Shown here: positions 28,257-36,612 of the stretch, piece after piece
Position numbering within the stretch: position 1 is the stretch's first letter
How the letters are laid out: every line of letters begins with the position of its first letter
DNA from: an uncultured virus (IMG/VR IMGVR_UViG_3300021197_001705)
Taxonomy: Duplodnaviria; Heunggongvirae; Uroviricota; Caudoviricetes
IMG/VR virus record: IMGVR_UViG_3300021197_001705
DNA: 64,000 bases
Strand: one strand, 5' to 3'
Position numbers and translations under genes: made by a program
The notes under the pieces: generated by a model
Told to the model about the DNA's origin: nothing
Databases searched by the model: none
The model's input: only the letters and a program-made list of their open reading frames with translations

Positions 28257-28817
28257 TTACTCCTCAGCTACTGATTTAGAACCACGACACTTCCATTTTT
28301 TTCGTGATAAATCGTTAGCACAAGGTGGGTTTTTACATTTTTTAATTTTAGCGGATCTCGCACAGTAGGCATCACCCTTCTTTGTGCCGGGTCTGATTCT
28401 ATCTCCCCCGCCTTTGGCTTGTCCTTTTTGTCCGAATGAGCGACATTTACCGTCAACCCTTTTTGCAAAACGTTTGCCCTTAGAAGGTTTACAAGCCTTC
28501 TTTTCTTCTTCGTCAAGCTCGTCTTCTTTTAGGACCTTGTCAATCCTGTCGGCTTGGCCTTTATGCATTTTCGAGGCATTCTTCAACTCGTCCTCAATAT
28601 CTTTGAGTTCGTCTTCCTCATCATCGGTTACCTCTTCCTTTACATCTTTCCAGATTTCGCCCTTGCGGCACCTAACAACGGCACCAGAGGCGTAGGCAGA
28701 AGGCCACACATCATATTTACGTTTAGCAATACGAGTACAGCGATCATCTTTCTCGGAAAGGACCGCGCTTATCTCTTGCTCTATAATTCTTGCTATTTCT
28801 TCGCTTGTAAGGTTCAT
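28257..28817 (-). CDS. Lys/Cys-rich protein with LT.EEI..IIE.EI leader (putative internal head protein)
   Basis: ATGA coupling to the upstream gene; WPSAYASGAVVRCR and YCARS...SRKKWKC modules separated by acidic spacers. Confidence 0.7.
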   Translation of the reverse strand: MNLTSEEIARIIEQEISAVLSEKDDRCTRIAKRKYDVWPSAYASGAVVRCRKGEIWKDVKEEVTDDEEDELKDIEDELKNASKMHKGQADRIDKVLKEDELDEEEKKACKPSKGKRFAKRVDGKCRSFGQKGQAKGGGDRIRPGTKKGDAYCARSAKIKKCKNPPCANDLSRKKWKCRGSKSVAEE

Positions 28818-30073
28818 TTTTTCTTCCCCCATTTTTTACCTTTACCTTTTGTTCCGCATGCTGACGGTGTAGGCCTGCATGACGGATACTTAGATCTTTT
28901 TTCGCCATCTTCTCTACCACAGGACTTACAAGTTTTTTTACCTGTCTTCTTGTCCTTTCGGCAAGTGTTACAATCAACCCACCCTTGTGATTTTCCTTTA
29001 CCGCCTTGGCGAGAAAACCAACCGTGTAGGCCAGAATCTTTCTCTTTGGAGTAATCAGTCTTTTCCTCTAAAGGTGCTTCAGACTCTTGTTCGTTTGTCT
29101 GTTTCCTACAAGAGCCCCTTTCGCCTTTAGCGACATTCGGGTTTCTTTCGTATCCGGGCCAACACTTTTCAGAAAGTGCTTGTTGTATTTCCTCCCCGAT
29201 AATCCTGTCTATATCTTCTGTTGTTATTTCTGTATCTTGAGACATTCTCGGTCCTCGCAGTTGAATTCCCACAACCTGACATTCTCCAAAGAGCAAAAAC
29301 TCCATCTCGCCTCTGGCTGGGTTTAGTTTCTTGATCCCATTGTCTTTTTTGTATTCTCCGCCCTTGTATTTGGCAAACGGCTGGGTATTCATAAATAGCC
29401 CACTATCACATTTGGCGTATATAATGCAAGATATTTCTCCACCCGGACTTTCTGTCGATGCAAATGATTTTGCAACTCTATCCGATGAGGTCCACGAGCT
29501 AACTCCTCCGTATTTACCTTGTGATTTGTATATGAAGTTAACAGGGAAAGGTTTGTTGTAATCAAGAACCTCCGTGTCTGATGACATTGCCTCAAGGGCT
29601 CCGGGTGCATTCTGCTTAACCCATGACAAAGGTACGTGCATACCACGCATCATTGTGGCTTGTGGGTTTTTACACCTGTCGAAGTCTTCAGCGTAGGTTC
29701 CGGACGCCAATATGGATTTTAAAGCTTTAATACTCTCTGCATCGAGTGGTGGTTCGTTTTGTTTAACCCAATAACTTGTTGTGTTGAAGTGTTTGTGGAG
29801 TTGCAGATAAAGTTTTCTCTCTATCTCTGTGTCTGGTTCACCCCAAATATCCAAGTCCTTCTGGTACAGTGGGTTTGCTGAGGGCCATACACGTTTGCCC
29901 AAAATACCTTGCTGCTCTGTAACATTCTGCAATCCTTGATGTTTTGATCTCTCTACATGACCACAGTGCTCGTCTTCTGGACTTATGTTTGCGTGTGAGT
30001 GGCCAAAAGAACCGGCAGTCGAATACATCTCATCTAACCCTTCATCAGCCTTTCTTTTTATTTTAACTTTCAT
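28814..30073 (-). CDS. Multidomain protein: ADP-ribosyltransferase-like domain plus C-terminal Lys/Cys-rich module
   Basis: MMRGM / VSSWTS / GEMEFLL = R-S-ExE triad; internal ITTEDIDRIIGEEI leader-like helix; GWVDC...CGR...YPSCRP tail. Confidence 0.7.
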   Translation of the reverse strand: MKVKIKRKADEGLDEMYSTAGSFGHSHANISPEDEHCGHVERSKHQGLQNVTEQQGILGKRVWPSANPLYQKDLDIWGEPDTEIERKLYLQLHKHFNTTSYWVKQNEPPLDAESIKALKSILASGTYAEDFDRCKNPQATMMRGMHVPLSWVKQNAPGALEAMSSDTEVLDYNKPFPVNFIYKSQGKYGGVSSWTSSDRVAKSFASTESPGGEISCIIYAKCDSGLFMNTQPFAKYKGGEYKKDNGIKKLNPARGEMEFLLFGECQVVGIQLRGPRMSQDTEITTEDIDRIIGEEIQQALSEKCWPGYERNPNVAKGERGSCRKQTNEQESEAPLEEKTDYSKEKDSGLHGWFSRQGGKGKSQGWVDCNTCRKDKKTGKKTCKSCGREDGEKRSKYPSCRPTPSACGTKGKGKKWGKKK

Positions 30074-30093
30074 GTATAGTCCTCAAGCTATAC

Positions 30094-30101
30094 TAAATAG
30101 T
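30094..30101 (-). promoter_or_regulatory. Putative late promoter motif ACTATTTA
   Basis: Right after the ClpS stop, 21 nt upstream of ATG 30073. Confidence 0.55.
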
Positions 30102-30421
30102 CACTCCGGCTCAAATGCAGCAAGTAGGGGGTGTTCATGTGCTTTAGCAAGAGAAACAACTTGGTGGGTCTTGGTCTCTGCTATTTCCCTAGAATATATT
30201 CCAGCTATTCCGCGTTGTTTGTTGTGAACGTGAGCAGTTATTGCTTTCGCAGTTGCAGCGTCTTTGTGAAATATCTCAATTAATAGCGCTGTTACAAACT
30301 CCATCGGGGTATAATCATCGTTATAAAGAACAACTTTATATTTTTTTGGTGGCTCGACTTTATTCTTTTGTTTGTCCATGAGACCAACGTCACCTTTCTT
30401 ATCTAATCCTTTTTTCGGCAT
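30101..30421 (-). CDS. clpS: ClpS N-end-rule adaptor
   Basis: YKVVLYNDDYTPMEFV, VH..G..IAG.YSREIAETK, HPL motifs; AGGAGG RBS. Confidence 0.93.
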   Translation of the reverse strand: MPKKGLDKKGDVGLMDKQKNKVEPPKKYKVVLYNDDYTPMEFVTALLIEIFHKDAATAKAITAHVHNKQRGIAGIYSREIAETKTHQVVSLAKAHEHPLLAAFEPE

Positions 30422-30435
30422 ACTGTCCTCCTGTT

Positions 30436-30612
30436 TTATTGAGTGCTTAACACTTCCAAGTTTCCTATATCAACTGCTTCCACTATATTATACTGAGTCC
30501 AGTGTACCATAACATAATTTTCATTTAATGCTATAACAACAACCCCGTGGCCATATAACACTTCAGGGGCTTTATAAGGGTTAACATCTAATACAAGATC
30601 ACCTATTTTCAA
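30436..30612 (-). CDS. 58-aa MKIGD-family small beta-barrel protein
   Basis: Start moved to TTG 30612 (KIGDLV) because ATG 30636 lies in the promoter spacer; G.V....V.W....LEVL. Confidence 0.6.
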   Translation of the reverse strand: MKIGDLVLDVNPYKAPEVLYGHGVVVIALNENYVMVHWTQYNIVEAVDIGNLEVLSTQ

Positions 30613-30624
30613 TGGACATTCTTT

Positions 30625-30653
30625 AATATAATACATTTCAATTTCTTTGTCAA
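30625..30653 (-). promoter_or_regulatory. Sigma70-type promoter
   Basis: TTGACA-17 nt-TATATT. Confidence 0.75.
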
Positions 30654-30654
30654 A

Positions 30655-30795
30655 TTATTTTTGTAAATAAGCTGCCAAGCAAAGACCTGCTGAAACCGAA
30701 GATAACGCTAAAGCACCATACCCCAATTCAATTGATACACCTACTATAAACAGTAACACATTCAAGCAAAAACATAAAAAATAAATAGCTTTCAA
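30655..30795 (-). CDS. 46-aa two-helix membrane protein (not in ORF track)
   Basis: AGGAG then TTG; MKAIYFLCFCLNVLLFIVGVSIELGYGALALSSVSAGLCLAAYLQK fills the gap. Confidence 0.6.
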   Translation of the reverse strand: MKAIYFLCFCLNVLLFIVGVSIELGYGALALSSVSAGLCLAAYLQK

Positions 30796-30803
30796 AACAA
30801 CTC

Positions 30804-31328
30804 CTATTTTTCAATAAGTAGTCCGGCCCTAGCAATTACAATCGAGTCTGCTTTATCATCAGTTCCGGGTTTTGGATTCCCATACCTTGTGTATTCAACA
30901 ACGAAATCTTCCGGATATTCTTTTTGAGCCCATTCAATAACTTTAAGCTTTGTCTTTTCACCGCGTTTGATCTTAAGACCAATCAGTCCTCTAGCTTTAT
31001 TAGCAGCAATCGGAACAGCACATATGCCATATAAGTTACGCACCATCCAAGACACCATCCCATTAAAACGCTGTAGTTTTGCCATTGTCATAGCTGTTGT
31101 CTTACCACCAGAGAACATTACAAACGGAGCTTCAATGTATATTTCTTTTATATTATATTGATTATAGTTGAGTTGCAAGGCTCTTTCTATCTGAAAGCAT
31201 CTATCCTCTAGAGCTTCTTTAGGGTCTAACTTAACTACCATACAATGAAGTAGCTCTGTATCTGAATTCATTATAGTTATACCAACCCTACTTGTGCTAA
31301 CATCTAAACCTAAAACAACTTCTTTCAT
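30804..31328 (-). CDS. RuvC-like Holliday junction resolvase
   Basis: VLGLDVSTSRVG, IYIE and DDKADSIVIA acidic RNase H-fold motifs. Confidence 0.8.
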   Translation of the reverse strand: MKEVVLGLDVSTSRVGITIMNSDTELLHCMVVKLDPKEALEDRCFQIERALQLNYNQYNIKEIYIEAPFVMFSGGKTTAMTMAKLQRFNGMVSWMVRNLYGICAVPIAANKARGLIGLKIKRGEKTKLKVIEWAQKEYPEDFVVEYTRYGNPKPGTDDKADSIVIARAGLLIEK

Positions 31329-31336
31329 AATATAAT

Positions 31337-31365
31337 ATTATAACATATAATATATTAAATGTCAA
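31337..31365 (-). promoter_or_regulatory. Consensus sigma70 promoter
   Basis: TTGACA-17 nt-TATAAT with extended TG; ATG only 8 nt after the -10 box. Confidence 0.85.
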
Positions 31366-32515
31366 GTTTTATTTTAAAAGTATAATCATGATCTTCTTGT
31401 TTTCTTACTGGGGTTGCCACCTTAGCGATCCCAATCAAATTCTTATCTTTATCATAAATCCCAATTTTACTGATATACACTGTCTTTTTAAACTTCGGAG
31501 CTTCGTCAGCGAACTGTGTGTTTACAATATTTTTAATCTTCGGAGGAGTCTCCACGTATAATAAAGACCCAGTTGCTACTTGGAAGGCGTTAGACGAGGT
31601 TATATAAGTCGGATTATTGGAGTAATTCAATTCACCGTATTTCGCATGGGCTAACATCGTCATTGTCTGTATGTGGGTGGTACCAGAATATTCCATTAAA
31701 AAACTTGATGATAGGGATGTTAGGCTTGGGGTCGTGTTACCATCATTTGCACCGTAACCAAAATAAATCCACTTAGAAGTGTCAGATGCGTCATAAACCA
31801 GTGTTTCAGTATTTAGTGACCATGACCCGGTCAGTGCCACAAACCCTTCGTTGTATAGAACCACTCCTGCTACAGAGCCCGAGCCTGTTGAGCCTACGGG
31901 CCCTATCTGGATTAACTCGCCATTTTGATTTTCATCTTGCAATTCACCAATTAAAGTACCAGTCATGTAGTATCTTAACCTGACCGAGCCTTTCTTTATT
32001 GAAGATCCAAACAAAATAGATGGAATAGTAATTAAATTGGCTGCTTGCGTGGCCTTGTCACCAAAGGATGAAGAGTATTGGTAAAATGGGCTCAGATAAG
32101 CGTAGTGGTTAAACGTGTTTTTCAGGGGCTTTAAATACGTCCTACTTGCCTCCGCAACAGTTGTTGGATAATATATTCTTGTTATACTAGCTGACATGTT
32201 GTATGAGGAAGTTATCGTGTTGCCATGTAAATTGCGAGCTTGATAATTTATTCTCGTTTCTTTCTTGAAGGTATTCCGAACCCCGTCTTTAAAAACAAAC
32301 GGATAAATCTTACCTGTTGTGCTCCTGTCTATGTTATACTCATACAGTGACACAAATCCCTTTGGTACACCAATTATATTATCAGAGTACGCGCCAGAAA
32401 GTGTCGGTGTATCATCAATATAGACTGAGGAACTTTGTATATAAAATTTATACTCAGGATATGCTTCAACCGTATTGTTAAACAAATCGTCTTCATGAAA
32501 TTTGAAGAAAGACAT
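31355..32515 (-). CDS. Baseplate/tail structural protein
   Basis: C-terminal NYSNNPTY...YISKIGIYD...LIGIAK..P.RK...KLDI; paralog of 32518-33627. Confidence 0.7.
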   Translation of the reverse strand: MSFFKFHEDDLFNNTVEAYPEYKFYIQSSSVYIDDTPTLSGAYSDNIIGVPKGFVSLYEYNIDRSTTGKIYPFVFKDGVRNTFKKETRINYQARNLHGNTITSSYNMSASITRIYYPTTVAEASRTYLKPLKNTFNHYAYLSPFYQYSSSFGDKATQAANLITIPSILFGSSIKKGSVRLRYYMTGTLIGELQDENQNGELIQIGPVGSTGSGSVAGVVLYNEGFVALTGSWSLNTETLVYDASDTSKWIYFGYGANDGNTTPSLTSLSSSFLMEYSGTTHIQTMTMLAHAKYGELNYSNNPTYITSSNAFQVATGSLLYVETPPKIKNIVNTQFADEAPKFKKTVYISKIGIYDKDKNLIGIAKVATPVRKQEDHDYTFKIKLDI

Positions 32516-32517
32516 TT

Positions 32518-33627
32518 TTAGTAATCCAATCTAACCCTAATCGTAAATTCATTATCTGGGGTCTTCTTGAGCGGTTCACTCAACTTAGAAACTGCCATCA
32601 ATTCGTTGTTGTCATTATAAAGACCAACAGTTGTAATATATGAAACAGGCAAGTCTGTTGTTTTGGTTTTGACTCGAAGCTTAGATCCAGAAAGATAAGT
32701 CGGATTAGAAGAATAATTATACTCATTGTGATTTACACGACAGAAATAAACTGTCGAATTTAATTCTACTGTATTGTTAAATTGTACATTATAGATTCTA
32801 CTTCTAATTGCATTTGCCGAAGCAGAAATTTCAGAACCAGTAACAAAATTAAAACCTGTCACCCCTGATGTTTTACCAAGAGCACTGGTGAGTGTGGCAT
32901 TATTGAGAATACCGCCATCAGCAAGCTTATTAAAAACAGATCCAGAAACAAATGCTATACCAGCTTGATAGAACAACAATCCAACAGCATATGATTGATT
33001 TGCTGCTAGTGTATCAGTATTCAGAACAGAAGCAGTAGCATAAAGAATTCCGTACTCGCCAACTGGTGAATTTACCAAATAGCCGTCTGACCCGCTAGCG
33101 TCTGTTATTTTTACTCTCTCCGCGTGGAGTGTTCCCGCCTCTGCAAACGCTGAAATAACTCCGAGTTCCATCTCAAACGAACCTTTCTTAATCTCGTCTT
33201 TAACCAAAAGTCTAGAAAAGTTCATGAAGAACCCATCATCAATTTTTGTGCCACCGGCAAGAAGATCGCCATCTTCGTCAAAACGAAGAACAGATCCAGT
33301 AGCATCGTACCCCATAAGGACTTGAGCCATTTGATTGTAGATATTCTTCTTCTTCGATTTTTGACTGGTGACTGAGCCATATAGTTTTGAATTTGTCCCG
33401 ACACCAACCGTTATATCAAATATATGATTAGCAGAAGAACTTAGGTATGGGTAGTCGTATACAGACTGAAACATCCCGTGACTATAGTCTTTGATGTTAT
33501 GTTCAGTGGTTCCTGCGTTGTAAGTTCCACTCACGATTGTACCCGTTAAAGGGATTGCTTCGTGAAGCAATGTTCTAGTATTGACGATATCTCCACTAGA
33601 GTTTAAATTTTTATAAAAATTAGCCAT
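32518..33627 (-). CDS. Baseplate/tail structural protein
   Basis: NYSSNPTY...YITTVGLYNDNNELMAVSKLSEP.KK...RLDY. Confidence 0.7.
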   Translation of the reverse strand: MANFYKNLNSSGDIVNTRTLLHEAIPLTGTIVSGTYNAGTTEHNIKDYSHGMFQSVYDYPYLSSSANHIFDITVGVGTNSKLYGSVTSQKSKKKNIYNQMAQVLMGYDATGSVLRFDEDGDLLAGGTKIDDGFFMNFSRLLVKDEIKKGSFEMELGVISAFAEAGTLHAERVKITDASGSDGYLVNSPVGEYGILYATASVLNTDTLAANQSYAVGLLFYQAGIAFVSGSVFNKLADGGILNNATLTSALGKTSGVTGFNFVTGSEISASANAIRSRIYNVQFNNTVELNSTVYFCRVNHNEYNYSSNPTYLSGSKLRVKTKTTDLPVSYITTVGLYNDNNELMAVSKLSEPLKKTPDNEFTIRVRLDY

Positions 33628-33645
33628 ATTTTGTCTCTCTTGTTG

Positions 33646-34593
33646 TTAGCTAGTAACTGTTTTAATAAACCTGATAGGTACATCAATTGAATAACCTGTT
33701 GACATGCCTGTAACTCTGACAGTGGAATCAATGTATCTTACACTTTGTGTTCCCGCTGTGCCATCTTTCCGAACCATAGTGGTTGTTCCACCAAGCTGGT
33801 TAAATAAATAGGTACTCGTTTGCAATTGAAGCGATGCTTCGATTTTAAATTCAAGCATCGATCCACGAGGACCAGAAATAGTTTGGGTTGTAGAATTAGA
33901 GTCATCGGTGTTATCCATTACAATCCCGTCTGATGCATCTACCGTATAATAAGCGATATTGTCATCATCAATATAATCTTCAGAAACCCTGTCGCCCCCA
34001 GACGTTACGATTCGCCCAAGACGATTATCAATTTGCATAATATACGATGCCTCAATCATGTCCCGAATCGAACTTCTTTGCTTGGGGGAGACCTCGGTAG
34101 TATCAAGGCCTTGGTCTATCCTTATATAGTTTGTACCTTCTAGGCTTTGACCGAACATTATTCCTTGGACCGCATCAGTTCCGATATAACCAACAGCCGC
34201 ACCAGTTTGGGCAGCATCTGTGCCTTCTGTTTCTCGATCAACCGCAACCATGTGAGATCCTGAGCCGTGTTGTTTCGTGTTTGTTAGGTTTGTGTTTAGT
34301 TTGAGAACTGGCATGTACAATAGGTTGTTGTTGCCCATCGTAACAAGTTTTGACTTCATTGATGAAGCATTATTCGTGAATGCCTCAAGAACCGGAACTT
34401 GTAAAATTTCCAAATCGTAGTAAGCCGACCCACTAGCATGGGAAGAATTATATAGAGAATAGTCGATTTCTTCATCCCCAAGAGCGAACTTGGTTATCTG
34501 GAAAGATCCATCTCCCTTTGCCAAGACCATCCTTCCGTGGTCTGTTAATACTGCATCGAGGATTATATCCCCACTATTGTCTAAAAATGCCAT
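33646..34593 (-). CDS. Baseplate/tail-collar-like structural protein
   Basis: DAVLTDHGR..LA....ITKFALGDEEIDY N-terminus; AGGAG RBS. Confidence 0.7.
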   Translation of the reverse strand: MAFLDNSGDIILDAVLTDHGRMVLAKGDGSFQITKFALGDEEIDYSLYNSSHASGSAYYDLEILQVPVLEAFTNNASSMKSKLVTMGNNNLLYMPVLKLNTNLTNTKQHGSGSHMVAVDRETEGTDAAQTGAAVGYIGTDAVQGIMFGQSLEGTNYIRIDQGLDTTEVSPKQRSSIRDMIEASYIMQIDNRLGRIVTSGGDRVSEDYIDDDNIAYYTVDASDGIVMDNTDDSNSTTQTISGPRGSMLEFKIEASLQLQTSTYLFNQLGGTTTMVRKDGTAGTQSVRYIDSTVRVTGMSTGYSIDVPIRFIKTVTS

Positions 34594-34621
34594 TTTTTTC
34601 TCCTAAAAAGGTTTTCTTCTA

Positions 34622-34629
34622 TAATTAGA
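34622..34629 (-). promoter_or_regulatory. Putative late promoter variant TCTAATTA
   Basis: Intergenic, 29 nt upstream of ATG 34593; one mismatch to CTATTTA. Confidence 0.45.
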
Positions 34630-34632
34630 ACA

Positions 34633-36612
34633 CTATTTCAAATTTTCTTCTGATTCTCTTTTTACAATGTCAAAAATTATATTAAAATCTATTTTACGAC
34701 CAGTATTCGTGGAAGTAATCCTAAATTTAAACTTTCTACCCCAAACTGGTTCCGCTGCGTATCCTAAATTAAATTTTGGTAGTAATTTTTTATATGTTTC
34801 GCCATTGTACTCGGGAGGGTATACTATTTGCGACTGGGCGAAGGCGGGAAGGACATGAAGAAATTGTCCGAATTTTACATCGGGCTGGAATCGTGAATCT
34901 ATTTCGTTATTAACTTTAATTATGTTAACAACTATTTTAGAATCGTCTGAATCTTTTAACAACTCAATTTCGTATATAGGAGACGGGTTTGAGGGTAAAC
35001 CAAAATCGTTTATAGTTCTAAAAAAATAATAATATTTTTTGTTTGCTCTTATCTTTTCGTCTATTACAACATACGGCATGCCTGCTGCATTCTCGGCTAT
35101 GAAAGACGTGTCATACCTATTATAATTTGTAATTTTATCAAATGATTTGAATATTTCAAATTTTCCGGGATGTTCAGAATATTCAAACTCTACGTCTTTA
35201 TCTTCTTCAATGCCCGGAAGAAAATTCATTATTTGACTGTCTTTCTCGTGTACTGATACGAATTTAGAAGTTTGCTCACCTCGTTGTAGGTCCAATAATA
35301 TTTTTATTTTACTTTTCGAATTTGATTTATTAATGAATTTTACATACGGAGGTATTGGGGGTTTCTTAGTAACAAACACCGACTTTCGAAAAAGTGGAAG
35401 CTCTAAAATCTTCATAGATGGTTTGATTACAACGTCAATTTCGAATCTTGTTTCTTCTTCCGATTCTCTTGTATCCGCTAATCTATAAGAATATTCTGAG
35501 CCTTTTACTAAGGCATAACCCATAACAATATAAGTATATTCCTCCATAGGCTTGATTTGGGTATCTGCTAAAATAACATCACCAGTGGTATCCGCCACTA
35601 TATAAGTTTGAACCGGAGATACATTTGTATTGTTACCTGCGTATTTTTCAATTTTAAAAAATAACCACTCGTATCCCGCTTGCTCTTCATCATATATTTC
35701 TCCAAGGTTTCTTGAGGCGAGTAGTGCCGCTGATTTTATATTAAGGTTTGCGGCCCATCTTGCTGATTCTTCTTCCATCGTGGATTTTTCTTCATAGGGT
35801 GGCATAACAAGCATTTGATCGTTCGAGAAAGAAGAGTTCCCTTGGCCTATAAGGTTAAACAGATCGACCGAGTTAGCATCTCTTTCGACTCCTCCTATTT
35901 CAAATGTAGTTCCTGATTTGGGGTATTCTAAGTAATCATTTACTATTTTGTCGTAAAGGTCGATTCTTGGGTCCTTCAATATGCTCAAAATTGTTTGCTC
36001 TTTTACAGCAGAAAAAATAATTTTGTTGTGGTAAGGAAACTCAGATAATGATGAGTTACCGATCCCAAAGCTATATTCCGAACCGAAGAAGACTCTAGAG
36101 CGCTTTTGCACAATAGCCCCGTCAGAGCCGACGTAGTGAGACTCAAGGTCTGTATTGAAGTTCTTTATCTTTTTAGAATTGATGCTAGTTGAGAATGGGG
36201 TAAAATTATCAACTTCTTTCATGTTCTGTGAGCTAACAGTAGATAAATAAACCGTTGGTATCATCCTGTGGTCTTTATCTGCAATGAACGTATCGTATTC
36301 AATAGAACTGTAGAGATAGTCATTATTAATTTTAAAAAAATTAGTTTGCTTATGAAGCTCCATGGTACTCAAGAAAGAAATATCAGTAGGCATGTCAAAC
36401 GTAGCATTATGGTTATAATATGTAGGCCCGAAAGCCATAATGCTTGTTATGTCGAAACCTTTTACTGTTGTTGCTACGATTCTTTGTACAACTGTGTTTT
36501 CTTCAAAGTCATATTTTTCTTCTTGAAAGCTAAGTTCGCGGATTGCATCACCTCCGCCATTTAACATCAACTCATCTATTTCCATATCTGCTATTCTTAG
36601 TTTGGTAGACAT
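34633..36612 (-). CDS. Hypothetical structural protein
   Basis: 659 aa in the baseplate block; Fn3/Ig-like YxYxFR motifs; TAATG coupling. Confidence 0.65.
   Translation of the reverse strand: MSTKLRIADMEIDELMLNGGGDAIRELSFQEEKYDFEENTVVQRIVATTVKGFDITSIMAFGPTYYNHNATFDMPTDISFLSTMELHKQTNFFKINNDYLYSSIEYDTFIADKDHRMIPTVYLSTVSSQNMKEVDNFTPFSTSINSKKIKNFNTDLESHYVGSDGAIVQKRSRVFFGSEYSFGIGNSSLSEFPYHNKIIFSAVKEQTILSILKDPRIDLYDKIVNDYLEYPKSGTTFEIGGVERDANSVDLFNLIGQGNSSFSNDQMLVMPPYEEKSTMEEESARWAANLNIKSAALLASRNLGEIYDEEQAGYEWLFFKIEKYAGNNTNVSPVQTYIVADTTGDVILADTQIKPMEEYTYIVMGYALVKGSEYSYRLADTRESEEETRFEIDVVIKPSMKILELPLFRKSVFVTKKPPIPPYVKFINKSNSKSKIKILLDLQRGEQTSKFVSVHEKDSQIMNFLPGIEEDKDVEFEYSEHPGKFEIFKSFDKITNYNRYDTSFIAENAAGMPYVVIDEKIRANKKYYYFFRTINDFGLPSNPSPIYEIELLKDSDDSKIVVNIIKVNNEIDSRFQPDVKFGQFLHVLPAFAQSQIVYPPEYNGETYKKLLPKFNLGYAAEPVWGRKFKFRITSTNTGRKIDFNIIFDIVKRESEENLK

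Noticed and set aside
30782..30788. Extra CTATTTA hit
   Set aside because: Inside a small ORF and not placed before a late gene; chance hits are expected in AT-rich DNA
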